Of a stretch of 64,000 nt of DNA, positions 50,747 through 64,000 are shown in pieces. Positions within the stretch are counted from its first letter, which is position 1. The number at the start of each line of letters is the position of its first letter. The DNA is taken from NCBI RefSeq assembly GCF_036365525.1, contig NC_090394.1, positions 71,492,893-71,556,892 on the forward strand. Reading direction: 5' to 3'. The notes below the pieces were generated by a model. It saw only the letters and a program-made list of their open reading frames with translations. It made no database searches and was not told the DNA's origin. A program made the translations under genes and the position numbers. The DNA is from Heterodontus francisci. Its lineage: Eukaryota.

Positions 50747-51924
50747 CTGCAGAACACAATGCAGAAAACGCCAGTAAGTGATTCCGTTAGAATAGTACTT
50801 TTAAAACGAAGATTTGTTTTCAGAATATTTAACAACTAGATAAACACTATATGCATAAAAGGTTGCTTAGGGATAAACTTTTGGAAAACTAAAATTAATT
50901 TTGTCCAGTTAGTTCTATATATCTTGAAGTTAATTGGGAACATGAGTTAAGGAAACCATTACAGAAAGAACACTCATTTTACTTAATTCATCATTTGCAC
51001 AATTAAGTAAAATACCTTTTGTGTAACAGATGACCACAGATTTCATTGAGTGGTTTTAGAGGTATCCGGTTCCATTTAGGAGCACTGCTAAGCTCAACAA
51101 AGTAAACGTACATCTGTGATAAATCTGTCAATTCTTAAAGATCCTATCAGTTGCTCACCTTATACAATGGCTGTGAATTCTGGATTGCTCTCACCAAACT
51201 ATAAACCTACAATATAAACAGTGCCAATTTGGTAATTTTGCTACTTTGAGATGAAAACTACCACCTACAACTAGCAGGTTAAAAACTGCCTGCAAAGAAA
51301 CTGAATATGAATTCAGCTGGAGGTAAGCAGTTTCATTTAAACCCAACTTGGCTTCTGCCCTGCAGCAATGCAGAGCTACACAAAACTTGTCTGGAACATG
51401 CCCTAGATTTGTAATAATACACTATGTAAAGTTATGGAAAACGGTCAGATCTGAATCTGCAATGGAACAAGTGCAACATTATCTGCATGGTCTGGCTACT
51501 TGACTACAGGAATATTTAATATGGATCTTTTGACATCTTTGAACACATTTTTGATGGTGGTGGTAGCTAATTTGATTAGCAATATCTAATGTTCTTCAAT
51601 TGCATATTTTTCAAATATTACCAAATGCAAATAATAAAACCACTGTACTTTATTTGTGTACCTCCTGCCGATACCAAACAATATAACAGAAATTTTCCTC
51701 TTCCATGCTCTCCTGCCTGCCATTTTCTGTTCAATGAATAGGGAATTAGAGGTGGAAGACTGCAGAAGCACAGAATGCCAACAGTAGTGAATGTCACATT
51801 CTCAGGTACTGTGTGACTGCCACCTGCTAGCTTGTGTCACAATGTGCAAAGCCCTCAAATGCAAGATTTTGAAAGTGCCAATATCAGGGTACAGATGGCA
51901 GAGATACAAGTTTGCTCCTGCTAT

Positions 51925-54595
51925 TGGGGACAATTTAAACTAACTCGGCAGGGATGTGGGAACCAGGAGGTAATATCAGAGAGGAATACCAAGATGCACA
52001 GAATACTGGGAGAGACAGATAGCACTGGAGTAGAAAATAGTAAGTTATTAGATGGGCTCAGAGTAAGGGAGAAAGCAATCAAGTCTATATAGGGTTACTG
52101 TGTATGTATGGAGTCTGGTAAATAAGATTGGCGAGTTACAGGAGCGGATTGCCATGTGGAAATATGATGTGGCAATAACAGAGATCTGGCTCAAAGGCAG
52201 GCAGGACTTGGTATTAAATATTCCTGGATACAAGATGTTCAGGGAAGATAAGAAAGTAAAGAAAGGAGGGGAGGAGAGGCAGTACTGATTGACAACACTG
52301 CAGTGCTGGAAAGAGTGTGGATGTCCCAGATGGAAAAGGACAGTATCTATTTGGCTAGAGCTAAGGAACAAAAAAGGTGCAATTACATTTCTCAGCGTAG
52401 TCTATAGGTGACCAACTAGTGGGAAAGATGTGGAGGAACAAATTTGCAAGGAAATTACAGAAAGCTGCAAGAATTATAAAGTTGCTATAATGGGGGAACC
52501 TTAATTATTCAAATATAGACTTCGACAGTAGTAGTGTAAAGGACAGAGAGGAGCAAGAGTTCCTAGAGTGTGTACAGCTGTATGCTTCCTGTCCAATGAG
52601 AAAGGAGGCACTTCTAGACTTGGTTCTTGGGAATGAGGTGGGCCAAGTGAATCAAGTGTCAGTAGGGGAACATTTAGGGGACAATGATCATTGATTCTAG
52701 GTTTAGGATGGCTATGAAAAAGGACAAGGAACAATACAGAGCGAGAATAATTGACTGGGAGAAAGCCAATTTCAACGGGTAATAATGGATCTCACCCAGA
52801 TAAATTGGAATCAAAGGTTTGTGGGCAAAATGGTACCTGAACAGCGGGCTGCCTTTAAAGAGATAATTCAGGCACAGTCAAAGTATATTCCCACGAAAGG
52901 GAAAGGTAGAGCAAACAAATCCAGAGCTCCCTGGATGACAAGAGACATTAAGAAAAAGTTTGCTTAGGACAGATGTCAGGTGGATAATACAACTGAAAAC
53001 CAGTCTGAATATAGAAGGTTCAGAGGAGAGGTGAAAAAGCCAATAAGAGAAGCAAAACAGAGAGTATGAAGACTGGCAGCTAACATAAAAGGGGAATCCA
53101 AAAGTCTTCTGTGGGCATATAAATGGTAAAAGGGTGGTAAAAGGAGAAGTGGGGCCGATTAGGGACCAAAGGGGAATCCCATATGGAGCCAGGGGGCATA
53201 GCTGAGGTATTTTAAATGAATATTTTGCATCTGTCTTTACCAAGGCACTTCACTGACTCCAGTCAGTTTAACTTTGAAGGTGGGGAAGCTTCTTAATTCA
53301 GGACGAAATTAATAGTCACTTGGACAAATGCAGGTAAATTAAGGAAAGCCAGCTTGGATTTGTTAAGGGCAAATCACAGTTAACTAATTTGGTGGAGAGT
53401 TTTCTGATGAGATAACAGAGGGCTGATGAGGGTAGTGCTGTTGGTGTGGTGTACATGGACTTCCAAAAGGCATCTGATAAAGTGCCACACAACAGACTTG
53501 TGAGCAAAATTATAGCTCATGGAATAAATGGAACAGTAGCAACATGGATACGAAATTGGCTGAGTGACAGGAAACAGAGTAGAGGTTAATGGACGTTTTT
53601 CAGACTGGAGGAAAGTTTGTAGTGGAGTTCCCCAGAGTCAGTGTTAGGACCCTTGTTTTTCCTGATATACTTTAGTGACCTAGACCTTGGTGTACAGGAC
53701 ACAATTTCAAAATTTGCGAATGGTACTTGGAAGCATCATGAACTGTGAGGAGGATAGTGTAGAACTTCAAAAGGACAGAGATAGGTTAGTGGAATGGGCC
53801 GTCAAGTGACAGTTGAAATTTCATGCAGAGAAGCGTCAAGTGATTTATTTTGGTAGAAAGAACACGGAAAGACGATATAAATTAAACAGTACAAAACTAA
53901 AGGGGGTGCAACAGCAGAGGGGCCTGAAGGTATATGTGCATAAGTCATCGAAGGTGGCAGGACAAGTTGAGAGAACAGTTAATAAAGCATACAGCATCCT
54001 GGAGCATAGAGTACAAAAGCAGGGAAGTTATGTTAAACCTGTATAGACCACTAGTTTGGCCTCAACTGTAGTGTGTCCAGTTCTGGGCACCACATTTTAG
54101 GAAAGATGTGAAGGCATTAGAGAGGGTGCAGAAAAGATTCACAAGAATGGTTTCAGGGACGAGGAACTTCAGTCACTTGGATAGACTGGAGAAGTTGGGA
54201 CTGCTTTCCTTGAAGAGAAGGTTGAGAGGAAATTTGATAGAGGTATTTAAAATCATGAGTCTGGACAGAATAGATAGGAAAAAACTATACCTACTGGTGG
54301 AAGGATTGAGAACAAGAGGGCACATATTTAGGTTAATTGGCAAAAGAAGCAATGGAGATATGACGAAAAACTTTCACGCAGTGAGTGGTTACGATCTGGA
54401 ATGCAAAGCCTGAGAGTGTGGTGGAGGCAAGTTCAATCAAAGCATTCAAGAGGGAATTGGATTATCTGAAAAGGAAGAATGTGCAGAGCTACCAGGAGAA
54501 GACAGGGGAGTGGCACTAGGTGAATTGCTCCTTTGGACTGCCAGCGCAGACATGACGGGGCCAAATGGCCTCCTGTGCTCTAACAATTCTGTGAT
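51925..54595 (+). mobile_element. CR1 LINE with heavily decayed ORF2 and an internal deletion at about 53245-53310
   Basis: SLVNKIGEL..IA..KYDVAITEIWL, PWMTRDIK, gtgtacatggacttccaaaaggc (YMDFQKA), ALERVQKRFTRMV, and a 3' tail. Confidence 0.88.
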
Positions 54596-56109
54596 AGGTG
54601 TCAATAATACATTGTTTAAAATAGTTCTGAGGATCTTCACAATAGCTCAGCAAAAGCCCTAATATATGCCCAAGTAAATCTTCTGTTTTGAGGCACAGCA
54701 AAACACAACCATTCCAAGTGTATATATAGGCTCAAAACCTCCACACATCCTTCAACTAGCAGCACACAAAACAGGAGACTCTTACTACAATAGCAAGTGA
54801 CACTCAATGTTTTAACCAATAGTAGACTTACTCAGTGCTTACTGGGTACTTAAAATAATTTTGCAACCCTACCAGATTGCAACTGTTTGTTGAACTGGCC
54901 ATCCTATATTATCTCAGAGGAGATGGTTTCTATTCATGATGGAAAAGCCTAAGGGGAGGAAAGCCAAAAGGAACATGCTCATTGCAGGTTGAAGGAAATG
55001 TGGAATTATCTCAAGGTTGAGAGACTGCTGTAACAAAACGACAAATTAATAAAAGGAAAGGGAATACAGTCAACCAAATAGTATGTAGGTGCATACTGGG
55101 GGTGGGGGTGGGAGATGTGACAGAAGAATGTTGCTATTTAACAGACAGACAGACAACAGACAAGACAGAAAATACCACCAGAAAACAAGAAATGCTGGAA
55201 ACAGTCAGCAGGTTTGGCAGCATTTGTGGAGAGAGAATTTCCAGCATTTCTTGTTTTTACTTCTGATTTCCAGCATCCGCAGTATTTTGCTTTTACCAGA
55301 AAACAAGAGACCAGCATGGAAACCAAATATTTATCCAAACATTTCCAGTTTGTAAGAAGAATAAGGAAGAAACCTGCCAACAATATCAGCTTAAATACAA
55401 TAGAAAATAAGGATGTTTCTTGGCTCCTCTGTCCAGGGAGTAGATGAGGCACTTTATGCTGGCTATTTGCCAATTTAACACAATGATGGCAAGACATTCT
55501 AAACACAGAAATCCATTAGCATCTGAAAAAAAGACATGTTTTGATGAAGGATATATAACCCAAAATGTTAAACTGCTCTTTCTCCTTTCAGATGTTGATA
55601 CACATGTATTCTAGCATTTTCTCTTATTTCATACTTTATCGCATTCGCAGATTATTTTTCTGTTCATCTACAAAACAGTACCGAAAGCTTGCATAACAAA
55701 TATTTGATGCAAATTGTAAAAGTCCTTTGATTGCATTTCCACACAGGCCACCAACAAAATCTAAAATCATTCAATTGCTCACCACACCCAACATTTTGGC
55801 CCTTATTTTGCATTAATAATAATGTTGAGGTTGTCAGTGCTCACTGTTATTATGGAGTAAATCGGATAGCACCTTCAGGAGCACACACATGTGCAGTTAA
55901 ACACCGAAACCTGGAAGCTTTGGTCCAAGTTCCCCTGCTCCTCCACAGGTCATGCTATAACAGAACCTCGCCAGCATTGAAATATATGTAATTGCATGAA
56001 GTTGAGGTATTTAACCACTACACATGCAAGAAGTAGGTTAGAGCTGGTGCATTCAGGAGTTCATAAAATTTTAGTGGCATGATATGTACTGAAAAAACTG
56101 GTTGCATTC

Positions 56110-57168
56110 TCTAGAGCCCTCGATGTCAATTTGTGGCGGGGTGAGCCTGAAGATGGCCCAGGATGAAGCCCGCCACGGACCTCGACGTTGGCAGGACCCG
56201 GCCTGATATTGCCGGTGGCGGTGAGGCCTCGTGGCCCCCCCACCCCACCCCACCCCCGCACTTGGTGACAGGACTGCAATTTAAATATTTATATAAATAA
56301 TTAAAATACTTGAATTAAGACTCTTCCGTTGCCCCCAAATGTCCTGCTGCGATCTTCACCCCAGCGGCCAACACTGCCACGCCTTTGGATCGCTGTCTGG
56401 GGAAACTAAGTGCAACACTGGTGGGGAGGAGGCAAGTTTCTCAGTGGAGGGTGTCAAATTAGTGTCATGGGTGCAGGGGATGATGGGAAGGGTTATAGTT
56501 TATGCAATTGTAGTGGGGGGGGGAAAATCAGATAGTAAAGATAAGTGTTTTGGGGTGGGGGAAGGGCAAAAGGGATGTATTTATTTAACTTTATTTCTTT
56601 AAATATTTAAGTTTGTCAGTAGAGCGAACAGCCCTTTAAAAATGGTGTCAACGCCTGCGCACAGGCAGCTGGCGCCATTGCCAGGGACGGAAAGATTTGG
56701 GCGGTGGGCTTATAGAATTCAGTCCAACCTCTAGCTCTAAACATTTTATTTTAGCAGTGTGGCATCTCATTCCTTCAGATGTTAAGTAGTGTTGGAATTT
56801 TTTTTCAAAAAAGGAACTAATTTTTTTCCACTTTTCCTGTCCATCTCTTTTATCTCCATCACATCTTTCCCAATCTTTATTTCGCTTTCTGTACATTGTT
56901 AAAACCTAATTTATATTTCTTGCTTTATACTTCCTGACTTAGATTCTGTGTGTTTCAAAGAGGAATCTTCAATGTGACTGGTTGAAGAGCCTCACTATTT
57001 TGTGCCCTGCTCACAGATGCTACCACATGTCCTGTAGACAGCGTCACACTGGATCAGACGCTGGATTAAAGCAAGTCTGTGCTTGAAAGCCTGCAAAAAA
57101 TGTATGGGCAGCTGTCAGAGAGGAATGGCGATCAGTATTCCTTCACCGCTGACTGCAAAATCTGAGCC
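56110..57168. mobile_element. Probable non-autonomous Harbinger-related (MITE-like) remnants
   Basis: GC-rich non-coding block. Its right end AAAATCTGAGCC followed by ATT resembles the Harbinger TIR and TSD at 46738-46753. No left TIR found. Confidence 0.4.
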
Positions 57169-58026
57169 ATTAAAACTAAGTGGTAGCAGATCATAATGCT
57201 GTGCATGAGAAGGCTAGTAAGGGACTGAGTGACACACCGGATAAGATCTGGAAGCCTAAGGCTTGAAGCTAGCCCAAATTGATGGAATGAAAGTCTTCTA
57301 TCCCCATCAGTCAAGAAGGTACAAAATGAAATGAGGTTAAAAGTGCAGTTCTTTGAAAAAGTGGCTGTTCAAACTGTGCAAAAAGATACCAGGAGCAGAC
57401 GGAGTCTTTGGGATAACGAAGATTCAAGCAGGAGCACAAAACAAGGAGTATTTACAGTTTAGAAACGGATCTTTGGTAAATAAACTTTCTCTACCATTTA
57501 TGTGTCAAGAAGGATAATTACTTTGACCAGCAAAACTGCTGGTGTGTGTATTCATATCCATCATTGAGAGTAGGGTTTGGAACTGTCGTACAAGATTATG
57601 TCAAGTCCAGTAACCAGATTATTGCAATTGGCATAATTGTCATCTTGGGTACAGAATTCAGCGAGGATTGTATTAAAATAAATTATAGCTTCCGGAATGT
57701 AGAAGACAAAATTTCCTTATGGGAACCATTGCAACAAGGAGCTTTATACTGCATAAGTTCCATGCTATAATTGACATGGTTGTTGGATGTTGATACTGGA
57801 TGCAAAGAGTAGAAAAACATTTCATGCCCCTAGCACACACGCCTTTCAATTTAATGAGCAAAAACATTGAAGTGCAGCTAGCTTGACTATTTTAACAAAA
57901 CATAAACTTGCACATTAAATAGATGAGTATATACAACTCTTTCTTTAAAATTTCCTTTTATTTTTCTCCCTCGCAACCCACACAAATGCTTTCATCGAAA
58001 AGTTCACTGCCCCAGCAGTTACAATG

Positions 58027-58375
58027 CTGTGGCACAGTCGTTAGCACCGCAGCCTCACAGCTCCAGCGACCCGGGTTCGATTCCGGGTACTGCCTGTGTG
58101 GAGTTTGCAAGTTCTCCGTGTGTCTGCGTGGGTTTTCTCCAGGTGCTCCGGTTTCCTCCCACAAGCCACAAAACTTGCAGGTTGGTAGGTAAATTGGCCA
58201 TTATAAATTGCCCCTAGTATAGGTAGGTGGTAGGGAAATATAGGGACAGGTGGGGATGTGGTAGGAATATGGGATTAGTGTAGGATTAGTTTAAATGGGT
58301 GGTTGATGGTTGGCACAGACTCGGTGGGCCGAAGGGCCTGTTTCAGTGCTGTATCTCCAAACTAAACTAAATCTA
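58027..58375 (+). mobile_element. HE1-like V-SINE
   Basis: tRNA head (ttagcaccgc...ggttcgattcc), V-domain gtggagtttgca..ttctcc..gtgtctgcgtggg, CR1-derived tail and (ACTAA)n. Near-identical to the copy at 62464. Confidence 0.88.
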
Positions 58376-59139
58376 AAATTTATACGTGAGACTTTCACCC
58401 ATCCACTTGCTGTCTTGACCCAGGAGACGTGGTTGCCACTGGGTAGAAGCACTCTCCTCAGGAAAACCTCCAAATTTCACTCAATACAGGGACTCCAATG
58501 CAAATCTCCTGCCAATATTCCACCATTGCAGTTACCACAGAACTCACACTTACTGGATTTTGAATTATGCATTTCATTGTACTGCAATAGTAATTCCAGA
58601 CTTGCCCTGATTAAAAAATCCTTTAAGCAGGAAATGGAAGAAAAACCTTTATACAAGTCTGTAAGCAGAGCGGTTACCTACTTTAAATGCCTTATTACAG
58701 AAGTGCAATTAAGCTCACTTTGTTCCTGCCTGGATAGATTTATTCAATTGGAAACCACATTAAATTAAAATAAACCCACTGGAAAAAAAGTTTAATAAAA
58801 TGGAACCACCATTACAAACCATGAAGGAAGGAGCATCCCTGGTGGACAGTGGAAATAGGAGGATATTTGAGTGACCCCATAGTTTGGTCTTTCACGCTTG
58901 GCACTGTAATACATTCGGCAGATAAACTGATCTGTTTCGAAGAAGGGTCACTGACCCGAGAAAGCATCTCTTTCCACAGATGCTGCCAGACCTGCTGAGT
59001 GGTTCCAGCATTTCTTGTGTTTATATTTGATCTGAGTCTTTCTCGGCTGTGATGTTGATTTATATCAGACAGGAGAAGATTGGAGTTAAAAGACTGGAAA
59101 ATTAATCTTCTACTCATATTTTTGACAGACACTTTGGAA

Positions 59140-59735
59140 GGTGAATAATCGGGGTGCAGATAATAGAAGCTCTTACTACAATTACATAGGGCTTTGCTGA
59201 GCTTTGGTCCCCTATTTAAGAAAGTATATCCTTGCCTTCGAGAGAGTGCAATGAAGATTCACTAGACTGATTTCTGAGATAAGGAAAATGTCTTATGATG
59301 AAAGAATGAGTAGAGTAGGCTGATATTGTCTAGAATTTAGAAGAATGAGAGGTGATCTAACTGAAACATATACAATTGTTAAAGTGCTTGATAGGGCAGG
59401 TGTTGGGATGATGTTCCCCCTGGCTGGGGGGGTCTAGAACTAGGGGTTCCACTGTATCAGAATAAGGGCCTAGCCATTCAGGACCGAGATGTAAAGAAAT
59501 TTCTTCACTCAAAGGGTTGTAAATATTTGGAATTCTCTACCCCAGAGAGCTGTGGATGCTCAGTCATTGAGTATATTCAAGACAGAGGTCGATAGAGTTT
59601 TGGGTAAAAAAAAGGGAATTAAGGGATGTGAGGATAGTGCGGGAAGGTGCAATTGAGGGAAATGATCAGCCGTGATCATATTGAATAGTGGAGCAGAATC
59701 GAAGGGCCAAATAGCCTATTCCAGCTCCTATTGCT
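59140..59735 (+). mobile_element. CR1 3' fragment (another at about 60520-60722)
   Basis: gaagaatgagaggtgatctaactgaaacatat...ttcttcactcaaagggttgt, then a tail. Confidence 0.82.
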
Positions 59736-59934
59736 TCTCGTTTCACTATAGCATTTTGGATATATAGTATCCCTATCCAAATGGATACTACTCGAGTCTT
59801 GATATTCTGAAACTTACCATGACTTTTCAAATATGCAAAAACTTTCATGTGCAAAACGTGGAAAAAAGCTATTTATGCGCAAGATGTCAGCTGTGTAAAA
59901 TTTGACTGAGTGACACACAATTTATCCTCCTTAC

Positions 59935-60103
59935 CAGATTGAGTAATAATAGTTTCAAACTGCAGGTGCTGCACAGAGTAGCTGGTCCACTGATGCTGCG
60001 TGTCAGCCACCCATCCAATCAGCTGACTTATATGCTGTCTATACAGGTCCAAAAAGTTATCCAAGTTCTGTGCTGCAGCGAGGGAAGCCAAGGTCTTCTC
60101 TAC
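59935..60103 (-). CDS. DNAAF5: DNAAF5/HEATR2 coding exon (equivalent to about human exon 8)
   Basis: Acceptor ttgcag|GTA GAG AAG, donor TCT G|gtaagg. Translates VEKTLASLAAAQNLDNFLDLYRQHISQLIGWVADTQHQWTSYSVQHLQFETIITQSG, which resembles the DNAAF5 HEAT region. 169 bp; phase matches the next exon. Confidence 0.92.
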
Positions 60104-61547
60104 CTGCAACCAGTTCACAGGTTTCATTTTGCAGTATGTTAAGAATAGCAGCTCACTATTATTAGCTACAAAGTGTAGACTGTTTACAGTAGACTTATCA
60201 ATGCAGACCCAATTTGTCCACTATATCTGGTGTCTGTTGCAAGCAAACAAACTGGGTCTATCAGGTTGCAGTGCTATAATGAACGATGCCAAAGCTTCTT
60301 ATTTTGATAGTTACACAGTTGTCAGCAGACAAGTAAAAAAATGAAAAAGGTTTTAAGGGTGATCCAATCTTGCATCATACCAAACTGCTATTGGAGAGCA
60401 CCAGAGGGTAGAAGAGGCAGATACAACAAACGTAGGCCTGCATGAGGTACAATTTACACAGCCAAAGTGATAAAAGTCCACTGGGAACAAAAACAATGAA
60501 TCTTGCATATATATTTATCTTGCAAACGGAATGGATTGCCTGAATGGGTGGTGGAAAAGATTCAGTAATAGCTTTCGAAAGGGAATTGGTAACATACACA
60601 AAGGAAAAAATGCAGGGCTCTGGGGGAAGAGCAGGGGAGTGGGACTAACAGGATAGCTCTTTCAAAGAGCCAGCACAGGCACAATGGGCTGAATGGCCCC
60701 CTCTGTGCTTTATGATTCTATGTAACGCATTTGCCCAGACACATTGCTTCCATGTAAGAAAGAGACCATTGGTCTATGCCCATCTCCACTGCATACTGCT
60801 CCACCTGCAAATAAAGAACCGTGGTTCCAGTCAATTAACGGCTCAAAGCACATTTACATAGAACAGATCCGGAAAGGTTTTATCTGTACATTAAATCCAT
60901 ATAAGGGGGTCGGTTAGCTCAGTTGACTAGATGTGTGAAATGCAGAAGGACACCACCATGCAAGGAGGCGCTCATTAAGGTACAGTATCTACATTCAAAA
61001 TGTGTTCCATTTTTATTTTATGTATCTTTTGTCAGCATGAAACACTCCTTTGACATGAAGCATAAAACTCCCTCAAGTTCTTTTCTAGCAATGTGACAAA
61101 CTCCAAACCTCATTATGATCACCTACTACTGGCCCAAAGCAATGCTTCGAGTTCCCACACCATCGATCCTCACAGTCTTTTAGGGACAGATTGCCAATTT
61201 GTGCCTAATTACTGAAAATTTCGTGCTGTGGCCGTGTTCCCATTAGGAAACGGATGGAGACTGCCCCAAGTTATTTCACTTATGACCCCTTAGAACGGGT
61301 ACAGAGAACAGACTCCCATCTCATTATTATGGGCTGAATTCAAACTGGATGTGAGAGTGTGCTAACTGTACTTCCAAAGTCTTCAGATTCTCAGCATTTT
61401 TTAAACCTTTATTCACAATTTTATATAGGATTAAAACATCCTGTGATATACGCACATTTCTTAAATTCTCAACAAGAAATTATAAACCAGCATCCCTCTG
61501 ACTGTACCAGGATGCATTTTCCATCCTGTTGCCACGTAAACCATCCT

Positions 61548-62000
61548 TTCGGCTGTAGCTCAGTGGGTAGCACTCTTACCTTAGAGACGGAAGGTTGTGG
61601 GTTTAAGACCCACTCTAGGCACTTATACACAAAATCTAAGCTGACACACCCACTGTAGTACTGAGGAAGTACTGCACTGTCAGATGTCCCATTTTTCAGA
61701 TCAGTCGTTAAACTCAAGCCCCATCCACTGTCTCAGGTGAATGTAAAAGATCCCATGGCATTATTGTGAAGAGCAGGGGAGATCTTCCAACTGTCCTGGC
61801 CAATATTTATTCCTCGACTGACATCACTACAACAGATGATCTTGTCATTGTCACATTGTTGTTTGTGGGAGCTAGCTGTGTGCAAATTGGCTGCCACGTT
61901 TCCTACATGACAACAGTGACTTCACTTCAGAAAGTACTTAACTTTGGGATGTTCTGAGATTGTGAAAAGAAGCGAGATAAAAGTAAATCTTTCTTCTTTC
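61548..62000 (+). mobile_element. SacSINE1/DeuSINE-like SINE, near full length
   Basis: ggctgtagctcagtgggtagcactc head, Deu-type core, tail aaaagtaaatctttcttctttc. Confidence 0.85.
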
Positions 62001-62463
62001 TAATTGAAAAAGGCAATTAGTGCAAAATCACGTGTGTGGGTGGGGATGGGAGAGCAGGGGAGGAAGAGGTTTGGGGGACGATTTGTGATGTAGAACCATG
62101 CCCATTAGAAATTTGATTGAGACTGATCCAAAGCTATTTCATGTGTGACACCAACAGTCTTTTGTACCACTTACCTGGGTTGGATTCAAAGTCAGGTTCC
62201 AGATTTCAAATGATTTTACGCTCTTAGCGTCACTCAAAGAAATTCACTTCTGAGAGTGTTACCAGAGAAAGGTTGGCACATTTTGAAGACTACAAAGGCA
62301 ATAAAGCATCTGGGCAATTAAGGCAGACTAGCCTTGACCTCCTAGTGAATAACACAGTCAGCCAGCCAATCTAAGGCTCCTGCAAGAATAGACACTTTCG
62401 TGTGATACTTCAAAAAGGTGGCATAGTTTTTCAATGATTTGAGAAAAAGTGGTACAATATACA

Positions 62464-62815
62464 GGGCGGCACAGTGGCGCAGTGGTTAGCACCGCAGCCT
62501 CTCAGCTCCAGCGACCCGGGTTCAATTCTGGGTACTGCCTGTGTGGAGTTTGCAAGTTCTCCCTGTGTCTGCGTGGGTTTTCGCCGGGTGCTCCGGTTTC
62601 CTCCCACAGCCAAAGACTTGCAGGTTGATAGGTAAATTGGCCATTATAAATTGCCCCTAGTATAGGTAGGTGGTAGGGGAATATAGGGACAGGTGGGGAT
62701 GTGGTAGGAATGTAGGATTAGTATAAATGGGTGGTTGATGGTCGGCACAGACTCGGTGGGCTGAAGGGCCTGATTCAGTGCTGTATCTCTAAATAAATAA
62801 ATAAACAAACAAACA
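62464..62815 (+). mobile_element. HE1-like V-SINE, full length
   Basis: gggcggcacagtggcgcagtggttagc...ggttcaattc head, V-domain, CR1-like tail ending in (TAAA)n(CAAA)n. Confidence 0.9.
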
Positions 62816-64000
62816 ACAGTGGGACAAACTAGCCCTAGTTCATTATAGAGGAAGTGAAAATTATTCCCAATATATTTTTCCAAGGTTCTCTCCACGCATT
62901 AAACAAGTGCATTGCCACCTTGGTGGCAGAGCACATTGGTACTCATTCAGCTGCATCACAAAGTGAAAAGATAAAGGTTCAAACCTGTAATTCTACACAG
63001 GTCAGTACATGGGGAATGGTTCAAAGTGGAGACCAGCTACTTTACCATAAGAAAGGCAAGAGCATTAGAAGTGCATACCATCTCAATGGCTGGTTACTGC
63101 ACTGTACTTGCAGATTCCCTTGAAGCTTCTCAGCTGTCTGTCCTTTCTGCCAGCAAATGGTATATTGTACAAGAGCACCCAAGAAAAGGGTTGGCGGGAA
63201 TCTGTATGTGCACTTTTCCCTTTTTTTTTGCCCCTGCTCAAGTGTCTCCCTAAAAAGCAATGCGATCAAAAAAATGGTCAGACTTCCTCTCTCACACAGA
63301 GTGCTTCACCTTGAATTGGAAAACTGATTCATTTTGTCCATTCCCCAATCAGATCAGGAAATGGAACAAGTTGAAAATAGCTACAGAATTTTTTTCCCCT
63401 GAAGGTAGTAAATGGAAACTGAACATATCTTTTGCTTCATTACTTTTTTAAAAAAATTAGCCTTTGGAATCAGCAGCAACAGCCATTGCTCAGGATCAGA
63501 GACTAGGATTTGTTCTCTGAAATGTTTCCAATGACTGAACATGAATACACTCACTGGACTAGAAAGCAGCACATAGCATTGCAAAGATTTCCAAGCACTT
63601 AAGGTGCCTAAATATTAATTATGACAGTTTGCACACGCTGTCAAAAGATAATTACCGAAATTCCAAATCACTAACAGCTGGAACTCAAAGCTACTCCAGC
63701 TCCATGTCAGTCTTCAGATGCCTTGATATTTGTGAAAACTAATTTGGGCATTTTAACCTCAAAATATATGCACATCATACATCATCGGAATTTCCAATGC
63801 ACCACGTTTGAGTAAAGCAATTTACGCATTGAATTATTAAAACCATTATATTTGGATAATTTTGGGTGCATGGTGTTCCACTGTCCAACACTTGTTTTGC
63901 ATTACTCTTGTATTGAAAATCTTAAGAGCAGCCACTTTTTCTCTTTATATTTGTTACTAAGTACAACTTTAACTTGGATTGAATTTTCATTGATGAGGCA

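Noticed and set aside
58027-58095. tRNA genes (also at 7553, 61548 and 62464)
   Set aside because: The tRNA-like heads continue into SINE bodies and LINE-derived tails, and there is no complete cloverleaf.

Overview
Vertebrate nuclear DNA, most likely a shark or other cartilaginous fish. That assignment is inferred from HE1-type V-SINEs, SacSINE1-type DeuSINEs and abundant CR1 LINEs. The only host gene is DNAAF5 (HEATR2) on the minus strand. Its last six coding exons (60103 down to 29346) have canonical GT/AG splice sites, consistent phases and a stop codon; its 5' part lies beyond 64000. Positions 1-26.7 kb are almost entirely nested transposon debris: CR1, a second CR1-group LINE, RTE, L2, two decayed Gypsy elements, solo LTRs, SINEs and a 263-N gap. 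Standouts: (1) a complete-boundary but decayed 4.4-kb Harbinger DNA transposon in a DNAAF5 intron, with TIRs, ATT target duplication and convergent Myb/SANT and transposase genes; (2) a Gmr1-type Gypsy element with SCAN-like gag and integrase directly after protease, but no RT; (3) a ~110-bp dispersed repeat with a minimal hammerhead ribozyme fold, one copy flanked by a 13-bp target duplication; (4) an unexplained, TE-poor block in the last DNAAF5 intron with a Kozak-initiated ORF broken by one TGA, a ~198-bp duplication, CTCF-like motifs and a poly(A) signal. Repeat family names come from motif recognition, not from database searches.
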